A DNA stretch of 64,000 nt, taken from the NCBI GenBank assembly GCA_049421205.1, contig JBMSMQ010000001.1:22892-86891 (forward strand). Direction: 5' to 3'. The notes beneath the pieces are model-generated. The model did not search any database. It worked only from the letters and a program-made list of their open reading frames with translations, and was not told the DNA's origin. Below, one piece after another: positions 34,494-49,064 of this stretch. The stretch is from Candidatus Nanopelagicales bacterium. Lineage in GTDB: Bacteria; Actinomycetota; Actinomycetes; S36-B12; UBA5976. Made by a program: the position numbers and the translations under genes. Within the stretch, counting starts at the first letter, position 1, and each line of letters begins with the position of its first letter.

Positions 34494-35804
34494 ATGACAA
34501 ATAACAATATCGCCGTTAATGACATCGGCACTGTTGAAGATTTCCTAGCGGCGATTGATAACACTCTTAAGAGTTTTGATGATGGAGATTTAGTCCAAGG
34601 AATAATTGTTAAAGTTGATAGAGACGAAGTCTTGCTCGACATTGGTTACAAAACTGAAGGCGTTATACCTTCTCGAGAACTCACCATCAAGCATGATGTT
34701 GACCCTTCGGCTGTTGTGAAAGTCGGCGACACAATCGAAGCATTAGTACTTCAAAAAGAAGACAAAGAAGGTCGCCTAATTCTGTCCAAGAAGCGTGCCC
34801 AGTATGAACGCGCATGGGGAGAGATTGAAAAAATCAAAGCTGCCGATGGTGTCGTCAAAGGCACCGTTATTGAGGTCGTCAAAGGCGGCCTTATTATGGA
34901 TATCGGATTGCGCGGATTTCTTCCAGCAAGTCTCGTTGAAATGCGTCGAGTTCGAGATCTCTCACCTTACATCGGTAAGGAAATTGAAGCAAAAATTATC
35001 GAACTTGATAAGAACAGAAACAATGTCGTTCTTTCACGTAGAGCATTTCTTGAACATTCACAATCAGAATCCCGAAGTTCATTCCTGACAAATCTTGCAA
35101 AGGGTCAGATTCGAACAGGCGTGATTTCATCAATTGTGAACTTCGGTGCATTCGTTGATCTTGGCGGTGTCGATGGTCTAGTTCACGTATCAGAATTGTC
35201 CTGGAAGCACATTGATCATCCCAATGAAGTCGTACAGGTTGGCGATGAAGTTACCGTAGAAGTTCTTGAAGTTGATATGGATCGCGAGAGAGTTTCTCTA
35301 TCGCTGAAATCAACACAAGAAGATCCGTGGCAGCACTTTGCTCGAACACATCAATTAGGGCAGATTGTTACAGGTTCAGTGACAAAGCTTGTGCCATTTG
35401 GTGCATTCGTACGCGTTGCTGAAGGAATTGAAGGTCTGGTCCACATCTCTGAATTGGCCGAACGTCACGTTGAAATTCCAGAACAAGTGGTTCAAGTGAA
35501 CGACGAAGTAATGGTCAAAGTCATCGACATCGACCTCGAGCGACGAAGAGTTTCACTTTCCTTGAAACAAGCAAGCGAATCTGGGGAAGACGTTAATGAA
35601 GGTTTCGACCCGTACCTCTTTGGTATGCCACCATCATTCGATGATGCTGGTCGCTATATCGGTCCAGATGGATTTGATCCTGAAACTGGCGAATGGAAGC
35701 CTGGCTCGGAAGATCAGCGTAAAGAGTGGGAACAGCAATATGCTGAAGCCCACGCTCGATGGGAAGCATATCGCGCCGAACAACAGGCGAATGCCAGCGA
35801 ATAA
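34494..35804 (+). CDS. rpsA: 30S ribosomal protein S1
   Basis: Four S1 domains (for example GLVHVSELSWKHI and GLVHISELAERHV) and an acidic C-terminal tail. It is preceded by a 132-nt leader. Confidence 0.96.
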   Translation: MTNNNIAVNDIGTVEDFLAAIDNTLKSFDDGDLVQGIIVKVDRDEVLLDIGYKTEGVIPSRELTIKHDVDPSAVVKVGDTIEALVLQKEDKEGRLILSKKRAQYERAWGEIEKIKAADGVVKGTVIEVVKGGLIMDIGLRGFLPASLVEMRRVRDLSPYIGKEIEAKIIELDKNRNNVVLSRRAFLEHSQSESRSSFLTNLAKGQIRTGVISSIVNFGAFVDLGGVDGLVHVSELSWKHIDHPNEVVQVGDEVTVEVLEVDMDRERVSLSLKSTQEDPWQHFARTHQLGQIVTGSVTKLVPFGAFVRVAEGIEGLVHISELAERHVEIPEQVVQVNDEVMVKVIDIDLERRRVSLSLKQASESGEDVNEGFDPYLFGMPPSFDDAGRYIGPDGFDPETGEWKPGSEDQRKEWEQQYAEAHARWEAYRAEQQANASE

Positions 35805-35816
35805 CTATCGAAGTGG

Positions 35817-35850
35817 AAGAGGGCGACCATTTGGTCGCCCTCTTACTTTT
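35817..35850 (+). terminator. Rho-independent terminator downstream of rpsA
   Basis: Perfect 12-bp stem AAGAGGGCGACC / GGTCGCCCTCTT with loop ATTT, followed by ACTTTT. It starts 13 nt after the rpsA stop. Confidence 0.85.
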
Positions 35851-35866
35851 AGTGGAGAATGAAGTC

Positions 35867-36448
35867 GTGAAATGTGTATTTCTTGTGGGAGCAATCGGGG
35901 CGGGCAAATCAACCGCACTGAAATACCTCGAGAGTAAAGGTGCAGAAATTCTGTCTGCTGATGCAATAGTTCATCAACTCTATGAGAAAGATTCAGACCT
36001 CATCCAGGAGATAGGTGAAGCGTTTCCGGGCGTAGTCGACGAGAGCTTGAGAGTCAATCGTCACCTATTAGCAACGCATTTGCTTTCGAATCCAGAGTGC
36101 TTCCCAGTGTTGGAAAAGTTAGTACACCCTAAAGTGAGAGCAGAGCTCATACGAGTTATGAAGACGTCGAAAGCGAATGTGCTGGTCTATGAATTACCCA
36201 TCGCCCGCGACACAACAGATTTCACAACTGCCGATGCTGTGATTCTGATAGAGGCTCAAAGCGCCACGAGGCTTGAAAGGCTCATTACTCGAGGTATATT
36301 CAAAGAAGAAGCGTTGGAAAGAATGCAACTTCACCCAAATCCATTTACTCCTCACGACAAACCTGTATATCGAATACAGAATGACGGGGGAGAATCTCAA
36401 TTGTATTTTCAACTCGACGCTATCTGGAATGAGTTAGTTCATGACTAG
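35867..36448 (+). CDS. coaE: Dephospho-CoA kinase
   Basis: P-loop [10 protein letters not shown] near the N-terminus. GTG 35867 is preceded by GGAGAA; GTG 35852 is an alternative. The ORF-track extension from 35759 runs through the rpsA tail and the terminator. Confidence 0.87.
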   Translation: MKCVFLVGAIGAGKSTALKYLESKGAEILSADAIVHQLYEKDSDLIQEIGEAFPGVVDESLRVNRHLLATHLLSNPECFPVLEKLVHPKVRAELIRVMKTSKANVLVYELPIARDTTDFTTADAVILIEAQSATRLERLITRGIFKEEALERMQLHPNPFTPHDKPVYRIQNDGGESQLYFQLDAIWNELVHD

Positions 36449-38501
36449 GCCAGTTTCAGAGCTCGAAAAAAGTCTAAGCCCATTTGTTGTCGAATCGGAC
36501 TATCAGCCAGCTGGTGATCAGCCTGCAGCAATCGGGTCTATTGCGGAGCGATTTAACCGAGGCGAGAAAGACGTTGTTTTGCTGGGGGCTACAGGCACAG
36601 GCAAGTCGGCAACAACCGCCTGGCTTATTGAGAAATTACAAAGACCTACGTTGGTACTTGCTCATAACAAGACGCTTGCTGCGCAACTAACCCAAGAGTT
36701 CCGTGAACTCCTCCCAAATAACGCTGTGGAATATTTCGTCTCTTACTATGACTACTATCAGCCTGAAGCATATATTCCGCAAACTGATACTTATATTGAA
36801 AAAGATCGTCAGATAAATGCCGAGGTTGAAAAACTTCGATACAGGGCGACCTATTCTTTGTTGACACGTCGTGACGTTGTCGTGGTGTCAACTGTATCTT
36901 GTATTTACGGCTTGGGAACTCCTCAAGAGTATGTTGATCAAATGATTACGCTTGAAGTTGGGCAAGATGTAGAGCGAAACGCTTTACTTCGTAAATTTGT
37001 AAATATTCAGTACCAAAGAAATGATATTGGTTTCACGCGTGGGACCTTTAGAGTGCGCGGCGACACGGTCGAGTTATATCCTGTCTATGAAGAATATCCA
37101 GTTCGCATTCAATTTTTCGGTGACGAAATTGAGTCACTGATGCTGCTCGATCCTTTAACTGGCGAAATCATGAGTGATTTACCCGTGGCGCATATTTTTC
37201 CTGCCACGCACTATGTTGCAGGAAACGACAGAATGAAGACCGCATTAAGCACGATTCGTGAAGAACTCAACGAGCGACTCGAAGTTTTTCAAGCCCAAGG
37301 TAAATTGCTTGAAGCGCAACGATTGAAAATGCGAACCGAGCATGATTTAGAAATGCTCGAACAAATTGGCACCTGCAGTGGAGTTGAGAATTATTCTCGA
37401 CACTTCGATGGGAGGGAACCAGGGTCTCCACCAAACTGTCTGCTTGATTACTTTCCTGAAGATTTTCTTATGGTCATTGATGAAAGCCATGTCAGTGTTC
37501 CACAAATCGGTGGAATGTATGAAGGGGATGCTAGCCGAAAGAGAACTTTGGTTGACTTCGGATTTCGCTTACCTTCGGCACTCGATAACCGGCCACTCAG
37601 ATTTGACGAATTCAAAGAGCGCACCGGTCAAACCCTTTATCTGAGTGCTACTCCAGGAAAATATGAGTTGGAGCTTGTCGGAGGCGATGTGGTTGAGCAA
37701 GTAATTCGCCCCACTGGATTAATTGACCCAGAGATTATTGTGAAACCATCAAAGGGTCAGATTGATGATTTGTTACACGAAATCTTGCTGCGAGCGGAAA
37801 AGAATGAACGAGTACTAGTCACAACCCTTACCAAGAAAATGGCCGAAGATCTCACAGACTTCTTGCTCGATAAAGGCGTGAAGGTAAGATATTTGCACTC
37901 TGAAGTCGACACCTTGAGACGAGTTGAACTATTGCGCGAATTACGCCAAGGTGTATTTGACGTCCTTGTTGGAATCAACTTGTTGCGTGAAGGCCTTGAC
38001 TTACCAGAGGTTTCGCTTGTGTCCATACTTGATGCAGACAAAGCAGGATTTTTGCGTTCGTCGACATCTCTGATTCAAACAATTGGTCGAGCGGCTCGAA
38101 ACGTGAGTGGACAAGTCCATATGTATGCTGATTCGATTACTCCAGCAATGGATTTTGCAATAAACGAAACGAATAGACGTCGTGCCAAGCAAATTGAATA
38201 TAACCAATCTATGGGAATTGACCCCAAACCACTGCTTAAGAAGATCGCAGATATCACAGATTTGATCAATCAGGAGAAAGTCGAAAATGAAGCGCAACAG
38301 GACGAAATATCCAAGCTGAGAAAGTCAAAGAACAACCCACTTCCGCTCAATGAGTTGCTTGAACTTATTGAAGAACTTACGGCGCAAATGAATGAAGCTG
38401 CTCAAAATCTGCAGTTTGAAATTGCTGCTCGATATCGTGATGAAATCTCTGACCTGCGAAAGGAACTCAGAGCTATGCGTGAGGCGATGGGCACCGAGTA
38501 A
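36441..38501 (+). CDS. uvrB: Excinuclease ABC subunit B
   Basis: [28 protein letters not shown], and a C-terminal UVR domain ([11 protein letters not shown]). Confidence 0.97.
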   Translation: MTRPVSELEKSLSPFVVESDYQPAGDQPAAIGSIAERFNRGEKDVVLLGATGTGKSATTAWLIEKLQRPTLVLAHNKTLAAQLTQEFRELLPNNAVEYFVSYYDYYQPEAYIPQTDTYIEKDRQINAEVEKLRYRATYSLLTRRDVVVVSTVSCIYGLGTPQEYVDQMITLEVGQDVERNALLRKFVNIQYQRNDIGFTRGTFRVRGDTVELYPVYEEYPVRIQFFGDEIESLMLLDPLTGEIMSDLPVAHIFPATHYVAGNDRMKTALSTIREELNERLEVFQAQGKLLEAQRLKMRTEHDLEMLEQIGTCSGVENYSRHFDGREPGSPPNCLLDYFPEDFLMVIDESHVSVPQIGGMYEGDASRKRTLVDFGFRLPSALDNRPLRFDEFKERTGQTLYLSATPGKYELELVGGDVVEQVIRPTGLIDPEIIVKPSKGQIDDLLHEILLRAEKNERVLVTTLTKKMAEDLTDFLLDKGVKVRYLHSEVDTLRRVELLRELRQGVFDVLVGINLLREGLDLPEVSLVSILDADKAGFLRSSTSLIQTIGRAARNVSGQVHMYADSITPAMDFAINETNRRRAKQIEYNQSMGIDPKPLLKKIADITDLINQEKVENEAQQDEISKLRKSKNNPLPLNELLELIEELTAQMNEAAQNLQFEIAARYRDEISDLRKELRAMREAMGTE

Positions 38502-38528
38502 ACTGAGCACTCTCAAAAGGAATTGTGA

Positions 38529-39473
38529 ATGAATGTCCCCTCTTGGTTGTGGTTGGCCACAATTGCTGGTTTCATCACTGTCCTCTTTATTGATTTTTGG
38601 ATTGTAGAGAGGCGACCTCACGCTTTTTCGAGTCGGGAAGCAACTCGCTGGGTCATTTTTTATGTGTTGTTAGCTGTGCTCTATGGCGGTCTGATTGGGA
38701 CATTGTTTGGTTTTGATTATGCAACAGAGTATTACGCAGCCTTCCTAACGGAATACAGCCTCAGTGTCGACAATCTTTTCGTATTTCTAGTGATTATTGC
38801 GGCTTTTGCCGTTCCGAAAGAACTACAGCACAGAGTGCTCCTCATTGGAGTTCTTTTGGCGTTAGTTTTTCGTGCGATTCTCATTGCCATTGGATTAAAT
38901 GCTGTTCAGTCCTTCCAGCCGATTTTCATTGTCTTTGGTCTCTTCCTTTTTTATACAGCCTATAAAGTGCTCAACGATGATTCGACAGAAGAATTTGATC
39001 CAAGAAGCTCACGAGCAATAAGAATGATTGGAAAAATTTGGCCCGTAAGTAGTGACTATGCTGGAACGAAACTTTTTACCAAGATAGATGGAACTCGCCA
39101 TGTGACCCCACTTATGCTTGTGATGGTTGCAATCGGTGCAACGGATATTATGTTTGCTCTCGACAGTATTCCTGCCGTACTCGGGTTAAGTAATGAACTA
39201 TTGATCGTGATTACAGCAAATGCTTTCGCTCTTATGGGGCTTCGACAGCTCTATTTTCTCTTGCAAGGACTCGTGAATCGGCTTTCGCAACTTGCAAAAG
39301 GGCTTTCAGCTATTCTTTTTTTCATCGGTTTTAAACTGCTATTAATGGGTATCTCTGCGGCGTTCAATGTTGAAACTCCTCACATCTCTACACCAATCTC
39401 ACTCTCAGTGATTGCGTTGATACTCATTGTTAGCGTGGTCTGGTCACTTGTGTTAGAAAGAAGAAACAAATGA
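38529..39473 (+). CDS. TerC-family integral membrane protein
   Basis: [12 protein letters not shown] and the second repeat DSIPAVLG, in a polytopic protein. Confidence 0.87.
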   Translation: MNVPSWLWLATIAGFITVLFIDFWIVERRPHAFSSREATRWVIFYVLLAVLYGGLIGTLFGFDYATEYYAAFLTEYSLSVDNLFVFLVIIAAFAVPKELQHRVLLIGVLLALVFRAILIAIGLNAVQSFQPIFIVFGLFLFYTAYKVLNDDSTEEFDPRSSRAIRMIGKIWPVSSDYAGTKLFTKIDGTRHVTPLMLVMVAIGATDIMFALDSIPAVLGLSNELLIVITANAFALMGLRQLYFLLQGLVNRLSQLAKGLSAILFFIGFKLLLMGISAAFNVETPHISTPISLSVIALILIVSVVWSLVLERRNK

Positions 39474-42310
39474 GTGACACTCATCTCGTTATTCGAGGAG
39501 CAAGAGAACACAATCTCAAAGACGTGTCACTTGAAATTCCGCGAAATTCGCTATGTGTCTTTACTGGACTATCTGGTTCAGGTAAATCAAGTCTTGCATT
39601 CGATACTATCTTTGCTGAAGGTCAACGTCGATACGTCGAAAGTCTTTCTGCGTACGCTCGGCAATTTCTAGGGCAACTCGATAAGCCAGATGTCGATTTT
39701 ATCGATGGGCTTAGTCCTGCGGTTTCAATTGATCAAAAAGCTACATCAAAGAATCCTCGGTCAACAGTTGGAACTATTACTGAAGTGTATGACTACTTGA
39801 GATTGCTTTTCGCTCGAATTGGACAGCCATACTGTCCTGAATGTGATGAGCCGATTCAAAAGCAAACACCGCAAGCAATTGTTGACCAAATTCTCAAGCG
39901 GTCAGAGGGAGAGAAATTCCTTGTTCTTGCACCTGTAGTAAAGGCGCGTAAGGGTGAATTTCTAGACATGTTTCGGACTCTTGCTGCGCAGGGTTATTCC
40001 CGGGTTCGAGTCAACGGGGAAGTGTATGAAATATCTGAAGTACCGAAACTCAAAAAACAAGAGAAGCACTCGATAGATGTAGTTGTTGACCGACTACAGA
40101 TAAAACCATCGTCAAGGGCGCGGATAACTGATTCTGTCGAAAGCGCACTGCGTCTTGGAGATGGTGTCGTGCTCATTGAGTATGTAACTGGAACTAAAGA
40201 GAAAATTGAGGTCCTCTACAGTGAACACCTCGCGTGTCCACGTGATGGAATTTCATTTGATGCACTCGAGCCTCGATCTTTCTCCTTCAATTCACCATTC
40301 GGTGCATGTCCCGTATGCGATGGACTTGGGCATCAACTTGAAGTAGATGAAGAACTTGTGATTGTTGATGCGGATGCAAGCATACGAGATGGCGCAATCG
40401 GAATCTGGTCTTCGAATCACCTATCTGAATATTACGGCCGACTACTTGAAGCACTTGGAGAAGACGTTGGATTTTCACTGGACACCCCATGGAGATCTTT
40501 ACCTGCTAAAGCGAAAAAGGCAGTGCTCTACGGCTATGAATACGAAGTAGTGGTCAAATATAAAAATCGATATGGACGATTGCGAACTTATGAAACCGGA
40601 TACGAAGGTGTCATTCCATTCATCCAGCGAAAGCATGGCGAAACAGAGTCGGACTATTCACGGGAAAGATACGAGTCCTTTATGCGACTTGTTGATTGTC
40701 CAGAATGTGAAGGCAAACGATTAAAACAATTTAGTTTGCATGTGCGGGTTGGGGGACTCAATATTGCCGAGGTATCGAAGAAACCAATCGGGGATTGCCT
40801 TAAATTTCTCGAACAACTCAAATTGCCAAAAACTCAAGCCGCTATCGCTAATCGCATTTTGAAAGAAGTCATTGAACGTCTTCGTTTTTTGGTGGATGTT
40901 GGTTTGGACTATCTCACATTAGATCGTGCCGCGGCAACTCTTGCAGGTGGAGAAGCACAGAGGATTCGTCTTGCAACCCAGATTGGATCTGGTCTAGTTG
41001 GAGTTCTCTATGTGCTAGACGAACCGTCTATTGGTTTACATCAGAGAGATAACCATCGGCTTATTGAGACTCTTGAAAGGCTCAGAAACCTTGGAAACAC
41101 GCTCATTGTGGTTGAACATGATGAAGACACCATAAGGGCAGCTGATTGGCTGGTTGACATCGGTCCAGGCGCAGGTGAGCACGGAGGGGAAATTGTTGTC
41201 AGCGGGACCTATGACGACCTTGTGAAAAGTGAACAATCAATTACAGGTGCATATATTTCAGGTCGCAGAAAAATTGAAATTCCACCTATGCGCAGAGAAG
41301 TCGATAAGGCACATGTAATTCGCGTTGAGGGCGCTAGCGAGAATAACCTAAAAAACCTTTCGGTTGATTTCCCACTATCCGTATTCACGGCAATTACTGG
41401 GGTGAGTGGAAGTGGTAAATCTACGCTGGTCAATGACATTCTCTATAAAGCGCTCGCACGAAAAATTTATGGTTCGAGTGATTTGCCAGGTAAACATAAA
41501 AAGATCAGTGGTATTGATCTCGTCGACAAGATAGTCCACGTTGACCAAAGTCCGATTGGTAGAACGCCGAGATCTAACCCGGCAACGTACACAGGTGTCT
41601 TTGACCATGTGAGAAAACTCTTTGCTGAAACTGCAGAGGCAAAGGTGAGGGGATATCAACAGGGGCGATTTTCATTCAACGTCAAAGGTGGACGCTGTGA
41701 ATCCTGCTCTGGAGACGGCACGCTACGAATTGAAATGAACTTCTTACCTGATGTGTTTGTGCCGTGTGAGGTGTGTCAAGGTGCCCGGTACAACAGAGAA
41801 ACACTCGAAGTTTTCTATAAAGGAAAAAATATTTCCGATGTGCTCAATATGCCAATTGAAGAAGCACACTCCTTTTTTAGCGCAATTCCGCAAATTGAAC
41901 GCCACTTGAAGACTTTGGTTCAGGTAGGTCTTGGATATGTGCGTCTTGGCCAATCTGCACCAACTCTTTCTGGTGGTGAAGCCCAGCGAGTAAAACTCGC
42001 AAGCGAATTGCAGCGTCGCTCGACAGGGCAAACACTGTATGTACTCGATGAGCCAACAACCGGTTTACATTTTGAAGATATCAATAAATTGTTGCATGTC
42101 CTTCAGTCCCTCGTTGATAAAGGTAATTCAGTTGTAGTGATTGAACACAATCTTGACGTCATCAAATGTGCCGATTGGGTAATTGATTTAGGTCCTGAAG
42201 GCGGTAGTGGCGGTGGTCAGGTCATTGCAATGGGAACACCTGAAGAGATTGCAGTTCATCCTAAGAGTCACACGGGCCGTTTTCTTGGGCCGTATCTTTC
42301 TAAGACATGA
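39470..42310 (+). CDS. uvrA: Excinuclease ABC subunit A
   Basis: [15 protein letters not shown], Zn modules (CPECDEP; CPVCDGLG; CESCSGDG...CEVCQG), and LSGGEAQR twice. Confidence 0.97.
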   Translation: MSDTHLVIRGAREHNLKDVSLEIPRNSLCVFTGLSGSGKSSLAFDTIFAEGQRRYVESLSAYARQFLGQLDKPDVDFIDGLSPAVSIDQKATSKNPRSTVGTITEVYDYLRLLFARIGQPYCPECDEPIQKQTPQAIVDQILKRSEGEKFLVLAPVVKARKGEFLDMFRTLAAQGYSRVRVNGEVYEISEVPKLKKQEKHSIDVVVDRLQIKPSSRARITDSVESALRLGDGVVLIEYVTGTKEKIEVLYSEHLACPRDGISFDALEPRSFSFNSPFGACPVCDGLGHQLEVDEELVIVDADASIRDGAIGIWSSNHLSEYYGRLLEALGEDVGFSLDTPWRSLPAKAKKAVLYGYEYEVVVKYKNRYGRLRTYETGYEGVIPFIQRKHGETESDYSRERYESFMRLVDCPECEGKRLKQFSLHVRVGGLNIAEVSKKPIGDCLKFLEQLKLPKTQAAIANRILKEVIERLRFLVDVGLDYLTLDRAAATLAGGEAQRIRLATQIGSGLVGVLYVLDEPSIGLHQRDNHRLIETLERLRNLGNTLIVVEHDEDTIRAADWLVDIGPGAGEHGGEIVVSGTYDDLVKSEQSITGAYISGRRKIEIPPMRREVDKAHVIRVEGASENNLKNLSVDFPLSVFTAITGVSGSGKSTLVNDILYKALARKIYGSSDLPGKHKKISGIDLVDKIVHVDQSPIGRTPRSNPATYTGVFDHVRKLFAETAEAKVRGYQQGRFSFNVKGGRCESCSGDGTLRIEMNFLPDVFVPCEVCQGARYNRETLEVFYKGKNISDVLNMPIEEAHSFFSAIPQIERHLKTLVQVGLGYVRLGQSAPTLSGGEAQRVKLASELQRRSTGQTLYVLDEPTTGLHFEDINKLLHVLQSLVDKGNSVVVIEHNLDVIKCADWVIDLGPEGGSGGGQVIAMGTPEEIAVHPKSHTGRFLGPYLSKT

Positions 42311-44169
42311 GATACGACTGGAAACCACGCAGTGGCGATATTTCAACTCAGCCAGGGGTGTATCGCTTTTTAAATTCGTCCGGCGAAGTTATGTATGTTG
42401 GCAAAGCAAAAAATCTTCGAAATCGCCTGAACAGTTATTTCTCGACACAGTCTCTTCATCCCAGGACTGAAGAGATGCTTTCTCATTCCAACTCTGTGGA
42501 ATGGCTCATTGTTAATTCCGAGGTTGAGGCACTTCAGTTAGAGCATACGTGGATAAATGAATTCAAACCACCGTTTAATGTTCGATTCAGGGATGATAAG
42601 TCCTATCCCTGGATTTGCTTCTCTATGAAAGATGAGATTCCACGTATCATGGTTGTTCGTGGAAAGCGACGAAAAGATAATCTCTACTTTGGGCCATATC
42701 CAAACGCTCGAGAAGCACGTGATCTTGTCGAGAACCTGTTAAGAGTATTTCCAATGCGCTCCTGTAGTGACACGACGTATTTAAGAGCATCACGAACGAA
42801 TCGAGCTTGCATTCTTGCAGATGTTGGCAAATGTTCTGCACCTTGTGTTCAAAAAGTTGACCCAACTGAGCACCGAAAAATCACCAATGAGTTTGTCAGT
42901 GCGATTAAAGGTAACTTCAAAGAGAAGAAGCGTGAACTTCAATTAAAAATGGAAGAGTCTTCTCGATTACATGAGTTTGAACGTGCAGCTCTTTATCGAG
43001 ATCAAATTGGATATCTTGAAAATATTTATCAACCTACAAGTGTTGTTCTCAACGAATCAGATAACTTCGACATCTTTGCTGTTTACAAAGATGAATTAGA
43101 GCTATCCATACAGGTACTTAGCGTGAGACATGGATTGATTATCTCCGAAAAACAATTTACAATCGAGAACGTTGAGGAATTAAACGATGCCGAGATTGCG
43201 GAACGAATTCTGCCTCAATACTACGGTCAGGCATCTACGGATGTAAGCGAGATTCTTGTCAGTCTCGACATCGAAGACTCATCGGCTCTCAGCGAATTTC
43301 TTGGTGCTGCCATTTCACGTATCAAGTTGCACAAGCCGGAACGGGGCAGAAAACGAGAAATACTAGATCTGGCAATGGTGAATGCGAAATCTTCGTTAGA
43401 AATGAGCCGCAGTGTTCGTGCAAATGATTTGGCAAAACGAACGCATGCGTTAAATGAGCTTTCGTCACTATTGAAACTTAAGTCCGTTCCCATGAGAATC
43501 GAATGTATTGACATCTCGCATCTTGCTGGTACAAATACTGTTGGATCACTCGTCGTATTTGTTGATGGAGTGCCACGAAAATCTGAATATCGCTCTTACA
43601 ACCTTGAAAATACCAATGACGATTTGCAATCCATTACAAATCTTTTGCAGAGGCGCTTAAAACGGTTGGTCGATGGCGACGCTGGCTGGAATCAACAACC
43701 AGATTTGATACTTGTCGATGGTGGAGTGCAGCAGGCAGAGACCGCCTTGAGCGTGATGAATAACTTCGAATTGTCGATACCCATATATTCATTAGCAAAA
43801 CGATTTGAAACTGTGTATGACGCAGACAGCAAGAAAGAAGTTATCATCCCACGAACATCGGAGGCTCTTTTTCTTTTACAGAGGATCAGAGATGAAGCTC
43901 ATAGGTTTGCAATCACACAGCAAAAGAAATCTCGTAAAAAGGGAATTCGCTCTCAACTTGAAGATATTCCAGGGCTTGGACCAAAGAGAATCAAAGATCT
44001 CTTTGCACATTTTGGAAGTTTGAAAAATATGAAGGCAGCGTCGGTGGAGGAGCTAGCGATTGTGCCATCATTTTCATTTGACCTTGCAATGAAGGTGTGG
44101 GTTGTTCTTCATGCCACTGAAAGCACAGCCTTAAATGTCACCACTGGCGAGGTAATAGAGGGTGCTTGA
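42307..44169 (+). CDS. uvrC: Excinuclease ABC subunit C
   Basis: GIY-YIG ([28 protein letters not shown]), a UVR domain ([11 protein letters not shown]), and a C-terminal HhH ([12 protein letters not shown]). ATGA overlap with uvrA. Confidence 0.96.
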   Translation: MRYDWKPRSGDISTQPGVYRFLNSSGEVMYVGKAKNLRNRLNSYFSTQSLHPRTEEMLSHSNSVEWLIVNSEVEALQLEHTWINEFKPPFNVRFRDDKSYPWICFSMKDEIPRIMVVRGKRRKDNLYFGPYPNAREARDLVENLLRVFPMRSCSDTTYLRASRTNRACILADVGKCSAPCVQKVDPTEHRKITNEFVSAIKGNFKEKKRELQLKMEESSRLHEFERAALYRDQIGYLENIYQPTSVVLNESDNFDIFAVYKDELELSIQVLSVRHGLIISEKQFTIENVEELNDAEIAERILPQYYGQASTDVSEILVSLDIEDSSALSEFLGAAISRIKLHKPERGRKREILDLAMVNAKSSLEMSRSVRANDLAKRTHALNELSSLLKLKSVPMRIECIDISHLAGTNTVGSLVVFVDGVPRKSEYRSYNLENTNDDLQSITNLLQRRLKRLVDGDAGWNQQPDLILVDGGVQQAETALSVMNNFELSIPIYSLAKRFETVYDADSKKEVIIPRTSEALFLLQRIRDEAHRFAITQQKKSRKKGIRSQLEDIPGLGPKRIKDLFAHFGSLKNMKAASVEELAIVPSFSFDLAMKVWVVLHATESTALNVTTGEVIEGA

Positions 44170-44190
44170 CATATCTGTGAAGGTATCCCT

Positions 44191-45042
44191 GTGAGTTTGG
44201 ATGTCGTTATTGTCACTGGCCTTGCAGGAGCCGGCCGCTCAACTGCGGCACACGCCTTGGAAGATTTAGGGTACTTTGTTATCGATAATCTTCCGCCCGA
44301 GCTCATGAATGAAACCGTTGAATTGCTATCGAAGCGGGCCGAAATAAGTAAAGTGGCGCTCGTAGCAGATTCGCGTGGCGGAGCACTTTTTGAGGCACTT
44401 GAAAGCGAACTTGAAAAGCTGCGTATCGCGACGCAGGTTTTTGTTTTGTTTCTTGAGGCAAATGACCAAATCCTGATTCGACGATTTGAAGCAGCACGAA
44501 GACCACATCCAATACAAAAGAATGACACGTTGGCGCAATCCGTTTCAGATGAACGAAAACTCCTTGATGGTTTGAAGACAAAGGCAGATCTTGTGATTGA
44601 CACATCAGAAAAGAATGTGCATGAACTAAGAAAAGATATTGAGATTCAATTTGGTCCCCAGAGTCTGAATTTATTGGTGCACGTAATTTCATTCGGCTAT
44701 AAATATGGTCTACCGCTAGATGCAGATTTTGTTTTCGACGTTCGATGTTTACCAAATCCATTTTGGCGCGAGGACTTACGCGAATTAACGGGTGTCGATA
44801 AAGCAGTCCAAGATTTTGTTATGAGTGATCCGCTGGCTCAAAACCTGATGAATTCAATTTCGTCACTACTCGAAAACTTGAAGCCAGGATTCCTAGCAGA
44901 GGGAAAGCGATTCCTCACCCTGGCAATAGGCTGTACAGGAGGTCAACACCGGAGTGTGACGTTAGCAGAAAGCATGAGAACTAAATTTCAAGAATCTGAT
45001 ATTCAAATAGAAATACATCACCGAGATAAAGGCAGAGAATAG
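44191..45042 (+). CDS. rapZ: RNase adapter protein RapZ (YvcJ)
   Basis: P-loop TGLAGAGRSTA and C-terminal IGCTGGQHRSV. GTG start. Confidence 0.93.
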   Translation: MSLDVVIVTGLAGAGRSTAAHALEDLGYFVIDNLPPELMNETVELLSKRAEISKVALVADSRGGALFEALESELEKLRIATQVFVLFLEANDQILIRRFEAARRPHPIQKNDTLAQSVSDERKLLDGLKTKADLVIDTSEKNVHELRKDIEIQFGPQSLNLLVHVISFGYKYGLPLDADFVFDVRCLPNPFWREDLRELTGVDKAVQDFVMSDPLAQNLMNSISSLLENLKPGFLAEGKRFLTLAIGCTGGQHRSVTLAESMRTKFQESDIQIEIHHRDKGRE

Positions 45043-46020
45043 ATGTCGATGACGATGAGTCTTAAAGATGAATTAGCGCACTTAGCTGTAACAAAGGCAT
45101 GTTGCAAAAAGGCAGAAGCAAGTGCACTTCTAAGGTTTGGTGGGTCCATTCACATCGTGGCTGGATCACTTGTTGTCGAAGCGGAATTTGATAACGCTGC
45201 TGTGGCCCGCAGATTGCGAATCTTTATTCAAGAATTATTTGGGCAAGACTCGGATTTAACAATGATCTCGGCTGGTGGTATCAGGAAATCTAGCCGATAT
45301 CTCGTGCGTATCACTAACGGAGCGGAACGTTTTGCGCAACAAGTTGGGCTTATCGATGCAACTGGTCGCCCCGTCAGAGGTTTGTCTCCAGCGATTGTGA
45401 GTGGTGGAGTCTGCGACAGTGAAGCGGCTTGGCGTGGTGCGTTTTTGGCTCATGGCTCGTTGACCGAACCTGGGCGCAATGGCGCTCTAGAAGTTACGTG
45501 TCCCGGCGGAGAGTCAGCGCTAGCGCTCGTTGGTGCTGCTCGCAGACTAGGAATACTCGCAAAAGCGCGTGAGGTGCGGGGAGTGGATCGCGTCGTGATA
45601 CGCGATGGTGATGCGATCGCCACACTTCTCACTCGAATTGGAGCTCACGAACAACTTTTGGCATGGGAAGAGCGACGGATGCGCCGGGAAGTGCGTGCAA
45701 CAGCAAACAGGCTTGCGAACTTTGACGATGCCAATATGCGCAGAAGTGCCCGAGCGGCTGTTGCAGCAAGTGCCCGTGTCGCTCGAGCTCTCGATATCCT
45801 CGGTTCCGATGTGCCAGAACATCTTCGGATAGCTGGACAGTTGCGAATTGAACATGGGCAAGCAAGTCTTGAAGAACTCGGAGCACTGGCACAACCCCCT
45901 ATGACCAAAGATGCCATTGCTGGACGTATTCGTCGTCTCCTTGCGATGGCAGATAAGCGAGCAAAGGAACTAGGAATACCTGATACTGAGCAAGCGCTCA
46001 CACCTGATCTGCTTGAATAG
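45043..46020 (+). CDS. whiA: DNA-binding sporulation/cell-division regulator WhiA
   Basis: LAGLIDADG-derived domains ([12 protein letters not shown]) and a C-terminal HTH ([12 protein letters not shown]...IAGRIRRLL). ATG lies directly after the rapZ TAG. Confidence 0.94.
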   Translation: MSMTMSLKDELAHLAVTKACCKKAEASALLRFGGSIHIVAGSLVVEAEFDNAAVARRLRIFIQELFGQDSDLTMISAGGIRKSSRYLVRITNGAERFAQQVGLIDATGRPVRGLSPAIVSGGVCDSEAAWRGAFLAHGSLTEPGRNGALEVTCPGGESALALVGAARRLGILAKAREVRGVDRVVIRDGDAIATLLTRIGAHEQLLAWEERRMRREVRATANRLANFDDANMRRSARAAVAASARVARALDILGSDVPEHLRIAGQLRIEHGQASLEELGALAQPPMTKDAIAGRIRRLLAMADKRAKELGIPDTEQALTPDLLE

Positions 46021-46045
46021 GGAAGAAAGTAGAATGGCACTCTGA

Positions 46046-48265
<2,220 letters not shown>

Positions 48266-48273
<8 letters not shown>

Positions 48274-49036
48274 ACCTTTGATGGCAGGCAATTGGAAAAT
48301 GCATTTTCATCATCTCGAAGCGATTCATCTGGTACAAAAGCTAGCTTTTACTTTCAATGATGAAGATTACAATGCTGTCGATATCGCAGTGCTTCCACCA
48401 TTTACGTCAATTCGAAGCGTCGAAACACTTATACATGGTGATGGTTTAAAAATCCAGTTTGGTTCACAGGACATTAGCGCATATGAAAGCGGTGCCTATA
48501 CTGGTGAAGTAAGTGGGATGATGCTTTCCAAATTGGGATGTGAGTATTCCATCGTCGGCCATAGTGAGCGTCGTGCTTACCATCACGAGACCAATGAATT
48601 AGTGAGCCAGAAAGCAAAAGTAGCTCTTGCGCATTCCATCACACCGATTATTTGCGTGGGCGAATCACTTGAAATTCGTGAATCTGGAAATCATGTTCAG
48701 TTCACGCTTGAACAACTTGAAAAATCTATTGAAGGTATTGCCGTAGAAGACATAGCCAAATGTGTCTTTGCGTATGAACCAGTGTGGGCGATTGGTACTG
48801 GAAAAGTTGCAACTGCTGAAGACGCAGAAGAAGTGGCTGCCTCAATACGGAAATGGATTGCAAACAAGTACACAACCAAAATTGCAGATCAAGTGCGCGT
48901 GCTGTACGGCGGTTCCGTAAAAGCCAGCAATATTGCTGGCATTATGGCCGGGGCAAATGTCGATGGCGCATTAATTGGTGGGGCAAGCCTCGATTCAGAT
49001 GAGTTTGTCGCCATTTGTCGGTTCCGATTGCACTAG
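48266..49036 (+). CDS. tpiA: Triose-phosphate isomerase
   Basis: [24 protein letters not shown]. 8-nt overlap with pgk. Confidence 0.96.
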
Positions 49037-49064
49037 CGACAGGTCCGCAAGGTACACTTTGCAC

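Noticed and set aside
38502-38528. Possible yybP-ykoY (Mn) riboswitch upstream of the TerC-family gene
   Set aside because: Only 27 nt separate uvrB and terC, far too short for that riboswitch, and no matching conserved helices were seen.
44109-44603. 164-aa minus-strand ORF spanning the uvrC/rapZ junction
   Set aside because: It is antisense to two strongly supported genes, with a Ser/Arg/Ala-rich low-complexity sequence. This is typical of a shadow ORF.
45450-46040. Cluster of antisense and alternate-frame ORFs (60-131 aa) across whiA
   Set aside because: whiA is one of the GC-richer genes here, which suppresses stops in other frames. The translations are Arg/Ser/Ala-rich and lack motifs.
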